Of a DNA stretch of 64,000 nucleotides, positions 39,545-51,504 are shown piece after piece; position 1 is the stretch's first letter, and every line of letters begins with the position of its first letter. The DNA comes from Octopus vulgaris (Eukaryota). The stretch covers positions 34,782,001 through 34,846,000 of the forward strand of contig OX597836.1 of NCBI GenBank assembly GCA_951406725.2, written 5' to 3'. A model generated the notes under the pieces. That model was given only the letters and a program-made list of their open reading frames with translations. It did not search any database and was not told the origin of the DNA. The translations under genes and the position numbers were made by a program.

Positions 39545-39705
39545 TTTATATATTCGAAGTTCATTGCAACTGGCAGTCCATTCAGCGTTCGTGCTGGACC
39601 AAAAGTTATGTTATTTATATGGCAGAATCTAGATGATCCAGTTGGGGACATGTTTGATGAGGTGGTAGAACATATACTCACCGTTTTAGCTAAATTCTGG
39701 CACAG
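39545..39705 (+). CDS. RGS22: RGS22-like exon 12 (FIYSKFIATGSPFSV...DMFDEVVEHILTVLAKFWHR), RGS-fold C-terminal half
   Basis: ACAG acceptor. Typical RGS motif IYxxFIxxGSPxxV...FD. The 3' end is either a GC donor (AG|GCAAAT) or read-through to TAA at 39748. Confidence 0.85.
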
Positions 39706-39759
39706 GCAAATGACTGAAACAAGTAAAAGAGTAAAAGAGAGAGAGTAAAGAGTATATAT

Positions 39760-40482
39760 ATCGTTGTTGGGGAACCCATTTACGAACGCCAGTCGCGCTG
39801 CTCTCTCCAGCCCTTCTCCTGTAAACCCAGCCAGCGTGGCTAACCTTCACACTTCTGCCGCGTATTCGTCCACCTGTCCTCCCATCCATCTAATCGTACC
39901 CAGCTTAGCAAAAGCTGTATACTCACACACGGTGTAAGCATCTCTCAGGCGTTGCTCTATCTTCTCCTCGCTCAGACGTTCTTCCTCGTCCATCTCAAGA
40001 TATAGCGCCAGCGCGCTCCCTTCCAAATACAGCGCCATAAGACTTGTCACATCACTTATGCCTTGCAGTCTTGCCACCAGCCTGATTTTATGAATCCAGG
40101 TCACTACATCGCCTTCACCATTAAAGGGTCTGATAATGTCGCTGGCGATCCTGATTTTCGCTGCCATCGTGGTGACGTCTTATATGGAGTGCCGAAATAG
40201 CTTGGGGTGTATGCGAGAGATTCGAAATAAGGACACCTACCTTCACTTCGCTCGACCGTCACCTCTCAGCAGTAATGGACCCTTCAACGCAGCCCAACCC
40301 GAACACTAGAAATAGCAGATGCTTCTCCCCTACCTTAACAATGTGCTCGCGCATCTGACTCCCTTGGTTACCTCGAAAAGGGCCCAATGCTACCCTGCCT
40401 GTGTGCGCGTGACTCCTGCGCCTTCCTCTTCTGGTCAGCCCCAAGTTCCGGTCAGCTCCCCAGCTGCTAACGTATTCCCACA
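39760..40482 (-). mobile_element. Ty3/Gypsy-like LTR retrotransposon gag relic with 5' region
   Basis: PFNGEGDVVTWIHKIRLVARLQ...LYLEGSALALY..., continuing past a TGA as RLATLAGFTGEGLERAARLAFVNGFP. GC-richer than the flanks; truncated at a (TA)n. Confidence 0.75.
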
Positions 40483-40922
40483 GTAGGCAATTCTGCTTGT
40501 AAGATACATTTAAATTTATACATATGAGTATGCACAAACATTCGTTTATATATAAAGACACCCTTCAGTCATGAATGACCATGGGATTGCACCTAGAAGG
40601 CACAAATCCAGGCCAGGTTGTTGGTGAAAGGCCAGTAGTTGCCCATGTATACCAGTCTCCCCTCTCCATACCATCGATGTTGTCCTAGGGAAAGGTCAAG
40701 GAAATGCCGATAAAACTTGAAATCAGTGACATCGTAACTCATTTCTACAACTGAGGGAACTGAAGCAATGTGAAATAAAGTGTCTTGCTCAAGAACACAA
40801 CATGCAGCTCTGTCTGGGGATTGAACGCAGAACCTCATGATTGTAAACCCAATGCTCTAATACTGGGCCATGCACCTTCACACAAACATTCAATTCAAAT
40901 ATATATAAAACTACACACGTGA

Positions 40923-41338
40923 AGGCGGCAAACTGGCAGAAACGTTAGCATGTTGGGTGAAATGCGTAGCCATATTTCGTCTGCCGTTACATTCTGAGTT
41001 CAAATTCAGCCGAGGTCAACTTTGCCTTTCATCCTTTCAGGGTCGATAATTTAAGTACCAGTTACGCACTGGGGTCGATATAATTGACTTAATCCGTTTG
41101 TCTGTCCTTGTTTGTCCCCTCTGTGTTTCGCCCCTTGTGGGTAGTAAAGAAATAGGTATTTCGTCTACCACTACGTTCTGAGTTCAAATTCAGCCGAGGT
41201 CGACTTTGCCTTTCATCCTTTCGGGGTCGATAATTTAAGTACCAGTTACGTACTGGGGTCGATATAATTGACTTAATCCGTTTGTCTGTCCTTGTTTGTC
41301 CCCTCTGTGTTTAGCCCCTTGTGGGTAGAAAAGAAATA
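40923..41338 (+). mobile_element. SINE family C dimer
   Basis: Two units, 184 bp period, same junction as the other arrays. Confidence 0.88.
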
Positions 41339-41510
41339 TATATAACTACACACATGCTGTTGGTGATATTTTTCCTTCTCTGAACTTTTCTGCTTCCCTT
41401 TCTGTTGAAGAGCTGTGTTTGAAATGTCAAAAACCCTCTCAGTTTTACCAAGCATCAAATTAATACATTCCATGTGCAAACCTGTATTCTCAACTTGAAC
41501 TAAACTCCGC

Positions 41511-41959
41511 TTATTGAGTTCAAATGTAAAATCTGTGCTTTTGTATGGCTCTGAAACATTGAGAGCCACCGGCAGCAGCTACAAGAAGATCCAGACCTTC
41601 ATCAACAAATGTCTAAGGCAGATCCTCCATCTGAAGTGGTTCGACAGAGTGCCAGACACCGACCTGTGGGAAAGGGCCAACCAGGAGCCCATACATGTTC
41701 AGATTAGATGAAGGAAATGGAAATGTATCGGACAGACACTGCGGAAAGAACTCTCAAATGTGACACGACAGGCACTTGACTGGAACCCGCAAAGGAAAAG
41801 GAAGTGAGGAAATGCCCAAAGCAGACATGGAAGTGGAGCATTTTGGATGAGCTCAGGACCACCGGCCTGACATGGGAAGCAGCCAAGAAACACGCCAATG
41901 ACCGCAAAAAGTGGAAAACGACTGTTGAGGCCCTATGCTTCACAAGGGGCAAAAAGGAT

Positions 41960-41962
<3 letters not shown>
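41511..41962 (+). mobile_element. RTE-clade LINE 3' fragment (second family) with (GAA)n tail
   Basis: SNVKSVLLYGSET...IQTFINKCLRQIL..W...LWERANQEP...[10 protein letters not shown], with stops and a frameshift. Followed by (GAA)/(GAC)n to about 42290. Confidence 0.85.
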
Positions 41963-41990
<28 letters not shown>

Positions 41991-42253
41991 ACGACGACGA
42001 CGACGACGACGATTGACGACGAAGAAGAAGAAGAAGAAGAAGAAGAAGAAGAAGAAGAAGAAGAAGAAGAAGAAGACGACGACGACGACAAAGAAGAAGA
42101 AGAAGAAAGAGGAGAGGAATAGAATAAAAAGAAGAAGAAGAAGAAGAAGAAGAAGAAGACGATGACGACGACGATGAAGAAGAAGAAGAAGATGATGACG
42201 AACGAAGAAGAAGGAGAGAAGAAGAAGAAGAAGAAGAAAAAGAAGAAGAAAAA

Positions 42254-42284
<31 letters not shown>

Positions 42285-42358
42285 TCGATGATGACTGTGT
42301 GTGTATGTATGTATGTATGTATGTATGTATCTTATATATTTATATATTTTTATATGAT

Positions 42359-42397
<39 letters not shown>

Positions 42398-42611
42398 TTT
42401 TAAACGTCGGACTTTATATCTGTTCTGTAGATATAAATGAATATGAATATATGTATGTTTGATCTTTCTGTGGATTTTGTAATGTTCCTTTAGTTGCTGC
42501 TCACATTGCCTCCCCTCGGATTAATATATGTATGTATGTATGCATGTATGTATGTATGTATGTATGTATGTATGTATGTATGTATGTATGTATGCATGTA
42601 TATACTCTTTA

Positions 42612-42846
42612 TACTCTTTTACTTGTTTCAGTCATTTGACTGCGGCCATGCTGGAGCACCGCCTTTAATCAAGCAACTCGACCCCGGGATTTATTCTTTT
42701 ATAAGCCCAGTACTTATTCTATCGGTCTCTTTTGCCGAACCGCTAAGTAACGGCTAAGTAACAGCTAAGTAACGGGGACATAAACACACCAGCATTGGTT
42801 GTCAAGCAATGCTAGGGGAACAAACACAGACACACAAACACACACA

Positions 42847-42886
<40 letters not shown>

Positions 42887-43052
42887 TACGACGGGCTTCT
42901 TTCAGTTTCCGTCTACCAAATCCACTCACAAGGCATTGGTCGGCCTGAGGCTATAGTAGAAGACACTTGCCCAAGGTGCCACACAGTGGGACTGAACCCA
43001 GAACCATGTGGTTTGTAAACAAGCTACTTACCACACAGCCACTCCTGCGCCT
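42612..43052 (-). mobile_element. SINE family A, full length
   Basis: Complete copy. Others in the same orientation at 55313-55693 and 62021-62445. Confidence 0.9.
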
Positions 43053-43212
43053 ATGTATGTATGTATGTATGTTTATGTATGTATGTATGTTTGAATGTAT
43101 GCAAGTAAATAGTAGATATACAAATTTTTAATTAATTCTAAGTTACTCAGTATTTTCTTACCTCTTGTAATTTCGTTGTTTGCATTTCAATTTTATATTT
43201 TCATTTTTTCAG

Positions 43213-43297
43213 GTATGTCTGTAAAGAAAAGGAGTCTTTCAACTATTTAAATGAACAAATATATTTTAAAATACAGATCTCAATCCTAAGTATTTAA
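43213..43297 (+). CDS. RGS22: RGS22-like putative terminal exon 13 (YVCKEKESFNYLNEQIYFKIQISILSI*)
   Basis: Strong T-rich CAG acceptor. Phase 2 matches the GC donor at 39706. AATAAA downstream at 43644-43649. Confidence 0.55.
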
Positions 43298-43391
43298 TTT
43301 TGCATTCTCTGTTAACATATTTCAAAAGAAACAATTCAGCTATATAGTCAAACCGGTTTCGACAATCTACAGCAATTGTACAATCTTCTTT

Positions 43392-43647
43392 CTGCTTTCT
43401 TCCACTGAAGTTTCAAAGAATTTTTCACCAGGAGGTCACAGTTTGAAGAACTTTCAGTTTGATCTTTCAGTGATCAAAGTTTTTATTTATACAAATCAAA
43501 AGACAGTTTGATAAAATAACTGCTTTCTTCCACTGAAGTTTCAAAGAATTTTTCACCAGGAGGTCACAGTTTGAAGAACTTTCAGTTTGATCTTTCAGTG
43601 ATCAAAGTTTTTTATTTATACAAATCAAAAGACAGTTTGATAAAATA
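43392..43647. repeat. 128 bp tandem duplication in the putative 3' UTR
   Basis: CTGCTTTCTTCCACTGAAG...GATAAAATAA occurs twice in direct succession. Confidence 0.9.
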
Positions 43648-44495
43648 AAATCAATCAGAACCAAAATCCACAAATTATTATTAAATCTTAGTCTTGTGTT
43701 TTTTGTATAATATTTTTTCCCTCTCAATTTCTTCAGATTATGTATGTATGTATGTATGTATGTATGTATGTATGTATGTATGTATGTATGTATGTGTGTA
43801 TGTATGTATGTATGTATGTATGTGTGTATGTATGTATGATGTATGTATTATGTATGTATTTGTGTATGTATGTATGAATATATGTATGTAAGTATGTATG
43901 TATGTGTGTGTGTATGTATGTATGTGTGTATGTATGTGTGTGTATGTATGTATATGTATGTATGTATGTGTGTGTGTGTGTATGTGTGTGTGTGTGTGTG
44001 TGTATGTGTGTATGTATGTATGTGTGTATGTATGTGTGTGTATGTATGTGTGTGTATGTATGTGTGTGTGTGTATGTATGTATGTATGTATGTATGTATG
44101 TGTGTATGTATGTATGTATGTATGTATGTATGTATGTATGTGTGTGTATGTATGTATGTATATAATAAACCTTTACATATATAAATAACGTGAAATACAC
44201 GAAGGGACGAACATAAGAGACAGACGGGTCATTCAAAGCCTTCGTTCTTCAGTCAGAAACCGATTCCTCATCGCAGATTTCGGCTGTTTAATTCTGAGAT
44301 CTGCTCTGAATCAGCCTTTCATTATTTGTTTTTCCTTTTATTTTCTGATTCTTTAGTTTTGAAGCAATATCATCTCACCTGATTTCATCTCCTCATCTGC
44401 AGTTGTTGCTATTGCTGTTGTTATTGTTGCTGCTGTCCTCCTCCTCCTCCTCCTCCTCCACTTCCTCTACTTCCAGATCAACCCTGCTCAAGCTG

Positions 44496-44747
44496 ACGGA
44501 TGGATGAACGCGCATCCAGGCTCAGTGGTTGCGTAGGAAGTCGGGGACAAGAAACAGGAAGAAAGAGTGAGAGAAAGTTGGGGGCGAAAGAGTACTACAG
44601 GGGTCGCCACCACCCCCTGCCGGAGCCTCGTGGACCTTTGGGTTTTTTCCGCTCAATAAACACACACAATGCCTGGTCTGGGAATCGAAACCGCAATCCT
44701 CCGACCGCGAGTCCGCTGCCCTAACCACTGGGCTATTGCGCCTCCAC
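44496..44747 (-). mobile_element. SINE family B, tail type iv
   Basis: Family B head + GTCCCCGACTTCCTACGCAACC... tail, flanked by direct repeats of about 95 bp. Confidence 0.8.
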
Positions 44748-45009
44748 TGCTGTTGCTGTTGTTATTGTTGCTGCTGTTCTTCTTCTTCTTCTCTCCTCCT
44801 CCTCCTCCACTTCCTCTACTCCCAGATCAACCCTGCTCAAGCTGATGTATGACGTACCGTGACTAATAGTAAACATGAGGTGTAGCAGTGTTGCAGTGTA
44901 AACATGCTACATCCTCCTTCTCTCTCTCTCTCTGTCTCCGCCAACTGGTAGGTATGGGTACCATAAACCCTCGAGTATAATCCGCATTTTCTCCCCCAAA
45001 TTTAAAGGT

Positions 45010-45890
45010 CACATGCCACCGGCACATGTGCCAGTAAGGTGACACTGGCAATGATCACACTCGAATGGTGCTTTTTACATGTCACTGGCACGGGAGCCAA
45101 TTTGTGGCCCTGGCAACGATCATGCTTGGATGTTCTTTTAACATTCCACTGGCATGAGTACCAATCAGGCGGTACTGTCATCAGCCATGTCAGCGATATT
45201 GCTTTGTTTACATTTGCCTCAATAGGTCTTCGCAAGCAAAGTTCATTGCCAAATGAGTGAGGGGTACTCATAAGTGGGCCGATTACACCCCACATTCGGA
45301 TGTACTTTTTAACATTCCACTGGCACGAATGCCAATCAGGCGGTACTGTCATCAGCCACGTCAGCAATTTTGATTTAGATTTCACTTGCCTCAATAGGTC
45401 TTCGCAAGCAAAGTTTATTGTCCAATGAATGAGGGGTATTCATAAATGGGCTGATTACGCCCACTGACATAGGCCATGGGCTATGGTCTCACTTGGCTTG
45501 TCAGGTCTTCTCAAGCACAGCGGTGGCAAGCTAGCAGAAACGTTAGCACGCCGGGCGAAATGCTTAGCAGTATTTCGACTGCCACTACGTTCTGAGTTCA
45601 AATTCTGCTGAGGTCGACTTTGCCTTTCATCCTTTCAGGGTCAATAAATTAAGTACCAGTTACGCACTGGGGTCGATGTAATCGACTTAATCCATTTGTC
45701 TGTCCTTGTTTGTTTGTCCCCTCTGTGTTTAGCCCCTTGTGAATAGTAAAGAAATATATCTCCAAAGGTCTCGGTTACTAGTCATTGCCTCGGTAAGGCC
45801 CAATGTTCGAAGGCCATGCTTCACCACCTCATACCAGGTTTTCCTGGGTCTACCTCTTCCATAGGTTCCCTCAACTGCTACGGTGTGACA
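45010..45890 (-). mobile_element. RTE 3' fragment interrupted by a family C SINE (45521-45756, +)
   Basis: Continues as the GRGRPRKTW-encoding segment at 45760-45890. Internal duplication of about 175 bp. Confidence 0.8.
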
Positions 45891-46087
45891 ATCTTCTTAC
45901 CTGATAACTAAATGCTTTTGTCTTTGAAAGGTTTACTGCAAAAACTCTTAATTCTAGGATTTGCTTTGTCATTTGAAATTTCTTCCTTAACTCTTTGACT
46001 GATTGAGTTGTGCAGTTATCATATTACAACAGTTTCCACAGATTACTGGCTTTAAACTCCCCTATTATTGCACGGAGTTCCATAATA

Positions 46088-46524
46088 GACAAACAAACAC
46101 ACAAGCACACACATATCGATTTTAACACATAGACGCACACATACATACACATAAATATATACATACCGACATAGATACAAACACCCATACATGTGTATAT
46201 ATATATACACACACACACACAAGCACACACATATCGATTTTAACACATAGATGCACACATACATACACATAAATATATACACACTGACATAGATACAAAC
46301 ACCCATACATGTGTATATACACACACACAAGCACACACATATCGATTTTAACATATACATACACATAAAAATATACACACTGACATAGATACAAACACCC
46401 TTACATGTGTATATATATACCCACACACAAGCACACACATATCGATTTTAACACACAGACACACACATACATAGACATAAATATATACACACTGACAAAG
46501 ATACAAACACCCATACATATGTAT

Positions 46525-46558
<34 letters not shown>

Positions 46559-46560
46559 AC
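46088..46560. repeat. 100-118 bp tandem repeat built from (CA)/(TA) microsatellite
   Basis: ATCGATTTTAACA recurs near 46115, 46233, 46341 and 46441. Confidence 0.85.
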
Positions 46561-46848
46561 ATACACATTGTAGCACCCAGGCACACAAGCATACATACTA
46601 ACTTAGACACATAATTATGGACAAACACACACACATACGCACATAGATATACACATACATTCACACATTAGCTTCATCTGGTCATTACACACACTCACAC
46701 ATGCACACACACACACACACATACACACATTCCCCTCCAGTGGTTTTATTGATTAATAGATTTATCGATTTATTGATTTTTATTATTGTCAATAGGGAAT
46801 ACTTGTTTTTACTGGCGAATCAAGATAAGACTAAGTTGTTCAATGCAA

Positions 46849-47578
46849 CTCTCTCTCTCTCTCTCTCTCATTCTTTCTCTTACTCTCTCTCTCTCTCTCA
46901 TTCTTTCTCTTACTCTCTCTCTCCCTCCCTCTCTATCTCTCCCTCTCATTCTTTCTCTTACTCTATCTTTCTCTCTCCCCCTCTCTCTCTCTCATTCTTT
47001 CTCTTGCTCTCTCTCTCTCTCTTTCTCACTCTCTCTCTATCTCTATCTCATTCTTTCTCTTTCTCTCTCTCTCTCTCTCTCCCTCTCTCTCATTCTCTCT
47101 CTTACTCTCTCTCTCTCTCTCTCTCTCATTCTCTCTCTTACTCTCTCTTTCTCCCTCTCTCCTTCTCTCTCTCCCTCTCTCTGATTCTTTCTCTAACTCT
47201 CTCTCTCTGATTCTTTCTCTTTCTCTCTCTCTCTCTTCCTCTCTCTCATTCTTTCTCTAACTCTATCTCTCTCTGATTCTTTCTCTTTCTCTCTCTCATT
47301 CTTTCTCTTACTCTCTCTCCCCCTCTCTATCTCTCTCTCATTCTTTCTCTTACTCTATCTTTCTCTCATTCTTTCTCTCTCCCTCTCTCTCTCTCATTCT
47401 TTCTCTTACTCTCTTTCTCTTTCCCTCCCCTCTCTCTCTCATTATTTTCTCTCTCTCTCCCTCTCTCTCTATCTCATTCTCTCTCTCTCTCCTTGAACGT
47501 TTCCCTTCCACCATCATACTATCACACATATATATAACTTCCTCTCTTTTTGTCTTTCTCTCACTCTCTAGCTCCCTG

Positions 47579-47613
<35 letters not shown>

Positions 47614-47658
47614 TTTTCCCTATCTCTTAATTTCACCCAATTTCTGTCTGTTTCTGTC

Positions 47659-47729
<71 letters not shown>

Positions 47730-47899
47730 CTTTCTACTTCTTTCACACAGTCACTATCTCTCTCAGACACACTCTTTCTCATATGCCCTCATTATATCTC
47801 TCTCTGCCTTCCTTTTCTCTATCTTTCCTTTTCTCTCTCTCTCTCTCTCTCACTCCATCTTTCTATTTCTTTTACACAAGCTCTTTTTCACACACTTTT

Positions 47900-47946
<47 letters not shown>

Positions 47947-47990
47947 ATCTTTCTTCTTTCTTTCTATCTTTCTTCTTTCTTTCTTTCTTT
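46849..47990. repeat. (CT)n-rich polypyrimidine tracts
   Basis: Direct inspection. A complementary (GA)n-rich tract lies at 56069-56685. Confidence 0.95.
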
Positions 47991-48172
47991 TTCGCCCTCC
48001 CACCCTCTCTAATAACGCTTGTTCTCTGATGTTATTTTTTTTGGTTCCAGACATGGTCAAGTTTTATGGTGAGAGAACTCACCTAGCTGAACTAACGACT
48101 GTCCATCTGGAGGTTAAGGGGTCCACAGCTGACCAGTTTAATGTCACACGAGCTGTTGCACACACACACGCA

Positions 48173-48212
<40 letters not shown>

Positions 48213-48388
48213 CACACCTACACAAAACACATATATGTCCGTGTGTGTGTGTGTATCTGTTTCGTCTCAACTTATACACACACTGCGAAACACACAAATA
48301 CACTTCACATACACAGAAGCATACACATACATATATACAAACATATACATACAGAAGTATACATATGCATGCACATATAAACACATTA

Positions 48389-48443
<55 letters not shown>

Positions 48444-48564
48444 TATTCATATACACACGCATGAACATACATACACATATGAACACATGATTACACACTA
48501 TATACATAAATACACATACAAACATGAACATACATTACATGCCTATTGAGCATGCTATTACACG

Positions 48565-48604
<40 letters not shown>

Positions 48605-48730
48605 TACACAAACATTATCACACACACATAGATACATATATGCATTCACAAACACATCCATACATATGGACACATTATCACATGCGCACACACATGTATA
48701 CAAATATACACACACTCAACATGTACATGC

Positions 48731-48763
<33 letters not shown>

Positions 48764-49539
48764 TACACAAAACATACACACACATACACAAAACATACAC
48801 ACACATACACACAAACACCCACGCATACACAAACTTGTGCAATACACAGAGCTGAATCAACAAGAGAGCCCCTATGTAGTTTTCCAACCAGCTAGAAATA
48901 GCAGCCGAATTCTCCACCAAACTGCTCAATGCCATATTAAAAAAAGAAGGTTACATAGGACAGTGTAATTTGTGATGCATATAAAGGCGAGGTGGTCATA
49001 GCTAGAGTGCCTTGAATCACAAGTCTCTTTGATCAGGCTGTTATACGTTGTCTGTCGAAGCAATAAGGATCGTTTAGTCATCCTTAAAGATGACTGATGA
49101 TTGATGACTGATGATCGACGACTGATTATTGATGACTGATGATCGATGACTGGTGATTGATGATGAATGACCGATGACTGGTGATTGATGATGGATAACC
49201 GATGACTGATGACCAGTGACTGATGACTGATGGTTGATGACTGATGATTGATGACTTGCATGATGGCTTTGTTTAAAGTGAAGAAGAGTTGTGCACTGTT
49301 AACCTCACTCTTGTCTATGATCAGATTTAACCCTGTGACAAGACCAGGTCAAGATGACTAGGGATGGAGACAGATGCAGAGGATGACTAAGATGTCTTGT
49401 TTCATCATGCTCTCTGCTCTTCACAATGCATTGCAATAGCTGTATTCTCCTCTGTTCTCCTCCGCTGAACCGAAGAGGTTTCTTCTGCAGAGTCTGTCGG
49501 GTCCAGTCTTTACATGCATAGGTAAGCAAACCCTAAAAG

Positions 49540-50165
49540 ACACCCCTTTGGTCATGGATGTCTGTAGGATTGCTTCTAGAAAGCTCCCCTTCAAGGCACA
49601 AATCAAGGCAAGGTTGTTTATGAAAGACCAGCAATCACCCATGCATACCAGCCTCTCTTATCCATGCCACCCATCTTATCCTAGGCAAAGGTAAAAGCTG
49701 ATACAGCTTGGCACCAGTGACATCGCAACTCATTTCTACAAACAAGTGTACTGGGACAACATGAAATAAAGAGTCTTGCTCAAGAGCAGATCACGCAACC
49801 TGGTCCAGGAATTGAAGTCACAACCTCACAATTGTAAACCCAATGCTAAAACCACTAAGCCATGCACCTTCGCTAAGATGATGTTATCCAAGGGAAAGGC
49901 AAAGGAGCCAATACAGCTTGGCACCAGTGACATCACAACTCATTTCTACAAACAAGTGTACTGGGACAACATGAAATAAAGAGTCTTGCTGAAGAGTAGA
50001 TCACGCAGCCTGGTCCAGGAATTGAAGTCACAACCTCACAATTGTAAACCCAATGCTAAAACCACTCAGCCATGCACCTTCGCTAAGATGATGTTATCCA
50101 AGGGAAAGGCAAAGGGGCCAATACAGCTTGGCACCAGAGATGTTGCTACTCATTTCTACAGATGA
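49540..50165 (-). mobile_element. Older tRNA-head SINE, tandemly repeated (210 bp period)
   Basis: ATACAGCTTGGCACCAG at 49701, 49911 and 50121. Related single copy at about 40555-40882. Confidence 0.7.
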
Positions 50166-50242
50166 GTTGCACTACCATAAAGCATTGCCAGTAGAACTGT
50201 ACTATTGATGAGGTTGGTGAGGCTGGTCCTGTCCAACCTTCC

Positions 50243-50457
50243 CTTGAGCAACATCAACGGCAGTAGGTCTCAAGATGAACCGCATGAAAATGAAGTTCAT
50301 ACGGTCCGACAACATACCAACAGATCGAATGGTGGTTGGCAGTGATGAAATAGAGGACGTAAATGAATATGACTACCTGGGACAGGAAATGAATATGTGC
50401 CGAGATATCGGAAAAGAGATCTCACGGAGAGTAAGGGTCGGATGGAAGGCATTTAAT

Positions 50458-50460
<3 letters not shown>
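50243..50460 (+). mobile_element. RTE-like reverse transcriptase fragment
   Basis: LKMNRMKMKFI...EIEDVNEYDYLGQEM...EISRRVRVGWKAF (RT YLG motif). Confidence 0.75.
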
Positions 50461-50504
<44 letters not shown>

Positions 50505-51438
50505 AAAAATAAAAAATAAAAATATAAATAAAAAAATAAATAATTAAATAAAATAATTATAAAAATATATATATATTTATAATTTATAAATTTAAATTAT
50601 TAATTTAAATAATTTTAAAATTTTAACTTTAATTTAAATATTTTTAATTGGATTTTTATATTTTATATTTTATATTTTTTATATATTTTTTAATTAATTT
50701 TATTTCTATGTATTGGCTTATGTTTTTCACTGTTTGATTTGCCTAATAGTGGTTTTATCTCTAATTTAATATAATATATATATATATATCATCAACATCA
50801 TCATCATCATTGCCAACCACTCAGAGAATGTAGTTGGTGCTTTTACGTGCCACCAGCACGAGGGCCAGTCAGGCAGTACTGGCAATGACCACGCTCAAAT
50901 GGTGCTTTTTATGTGCCACCTGCACAGGAACCAGTCCTGCGGCACTGGCAACGACCTCACTCGAATGTTTTTTCATGTGCCACTAACACAAGTGCCAGTA
51001 AGGCGACACAGGTAACGATCATGCTTGAATGGTGCTTTTTACATGCCATATATATATATATATATATACATACATAAGTAAATAAATCAAGTTGAACGCA
51101 GATGCTATTCAAATTCTTTTACTTTCGACATATGTTTCGAAGACAACATTGGTTTTATTCCAAAGGAATAAATGGTGTAAAAAAATGCAATCTTCTCATC
51201 AGGAAAGAAAGAGAACCTGTTGTCTTCAAAACATATGTCGAAAGTAAAAGAATTTGGATAGCATCTGCCTTCAACTCCATTTATTTACTTCTACTACACA
51301 AATTACTGCACATTAACCCGGAGTTTCTACCTTTGAAAAGGTCGCTACATCCTTGTTAGTTGCGTGAATTTTGCTACCCAGGTAACTGTTTATTGAATTT
51401 TCCATGTTAACGGTAAACAAAGGATAATTCATTCATCC

Positions 51439-51504
<66 letters not shown>

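Noticed and set aside
48083-48152. Possible minus-strand 70 nt exon (CAG acceptor, GTGAGT donor) in unique sequence
   Set aside because: No recognisable homology and no partner exons; cannot be supported without transcripts.
49325-49521. Possible + strand exon ending AG|GTAAGC as a continuation of RGS22
   Set aside because: Stops in all three frames and no RGS similarity.
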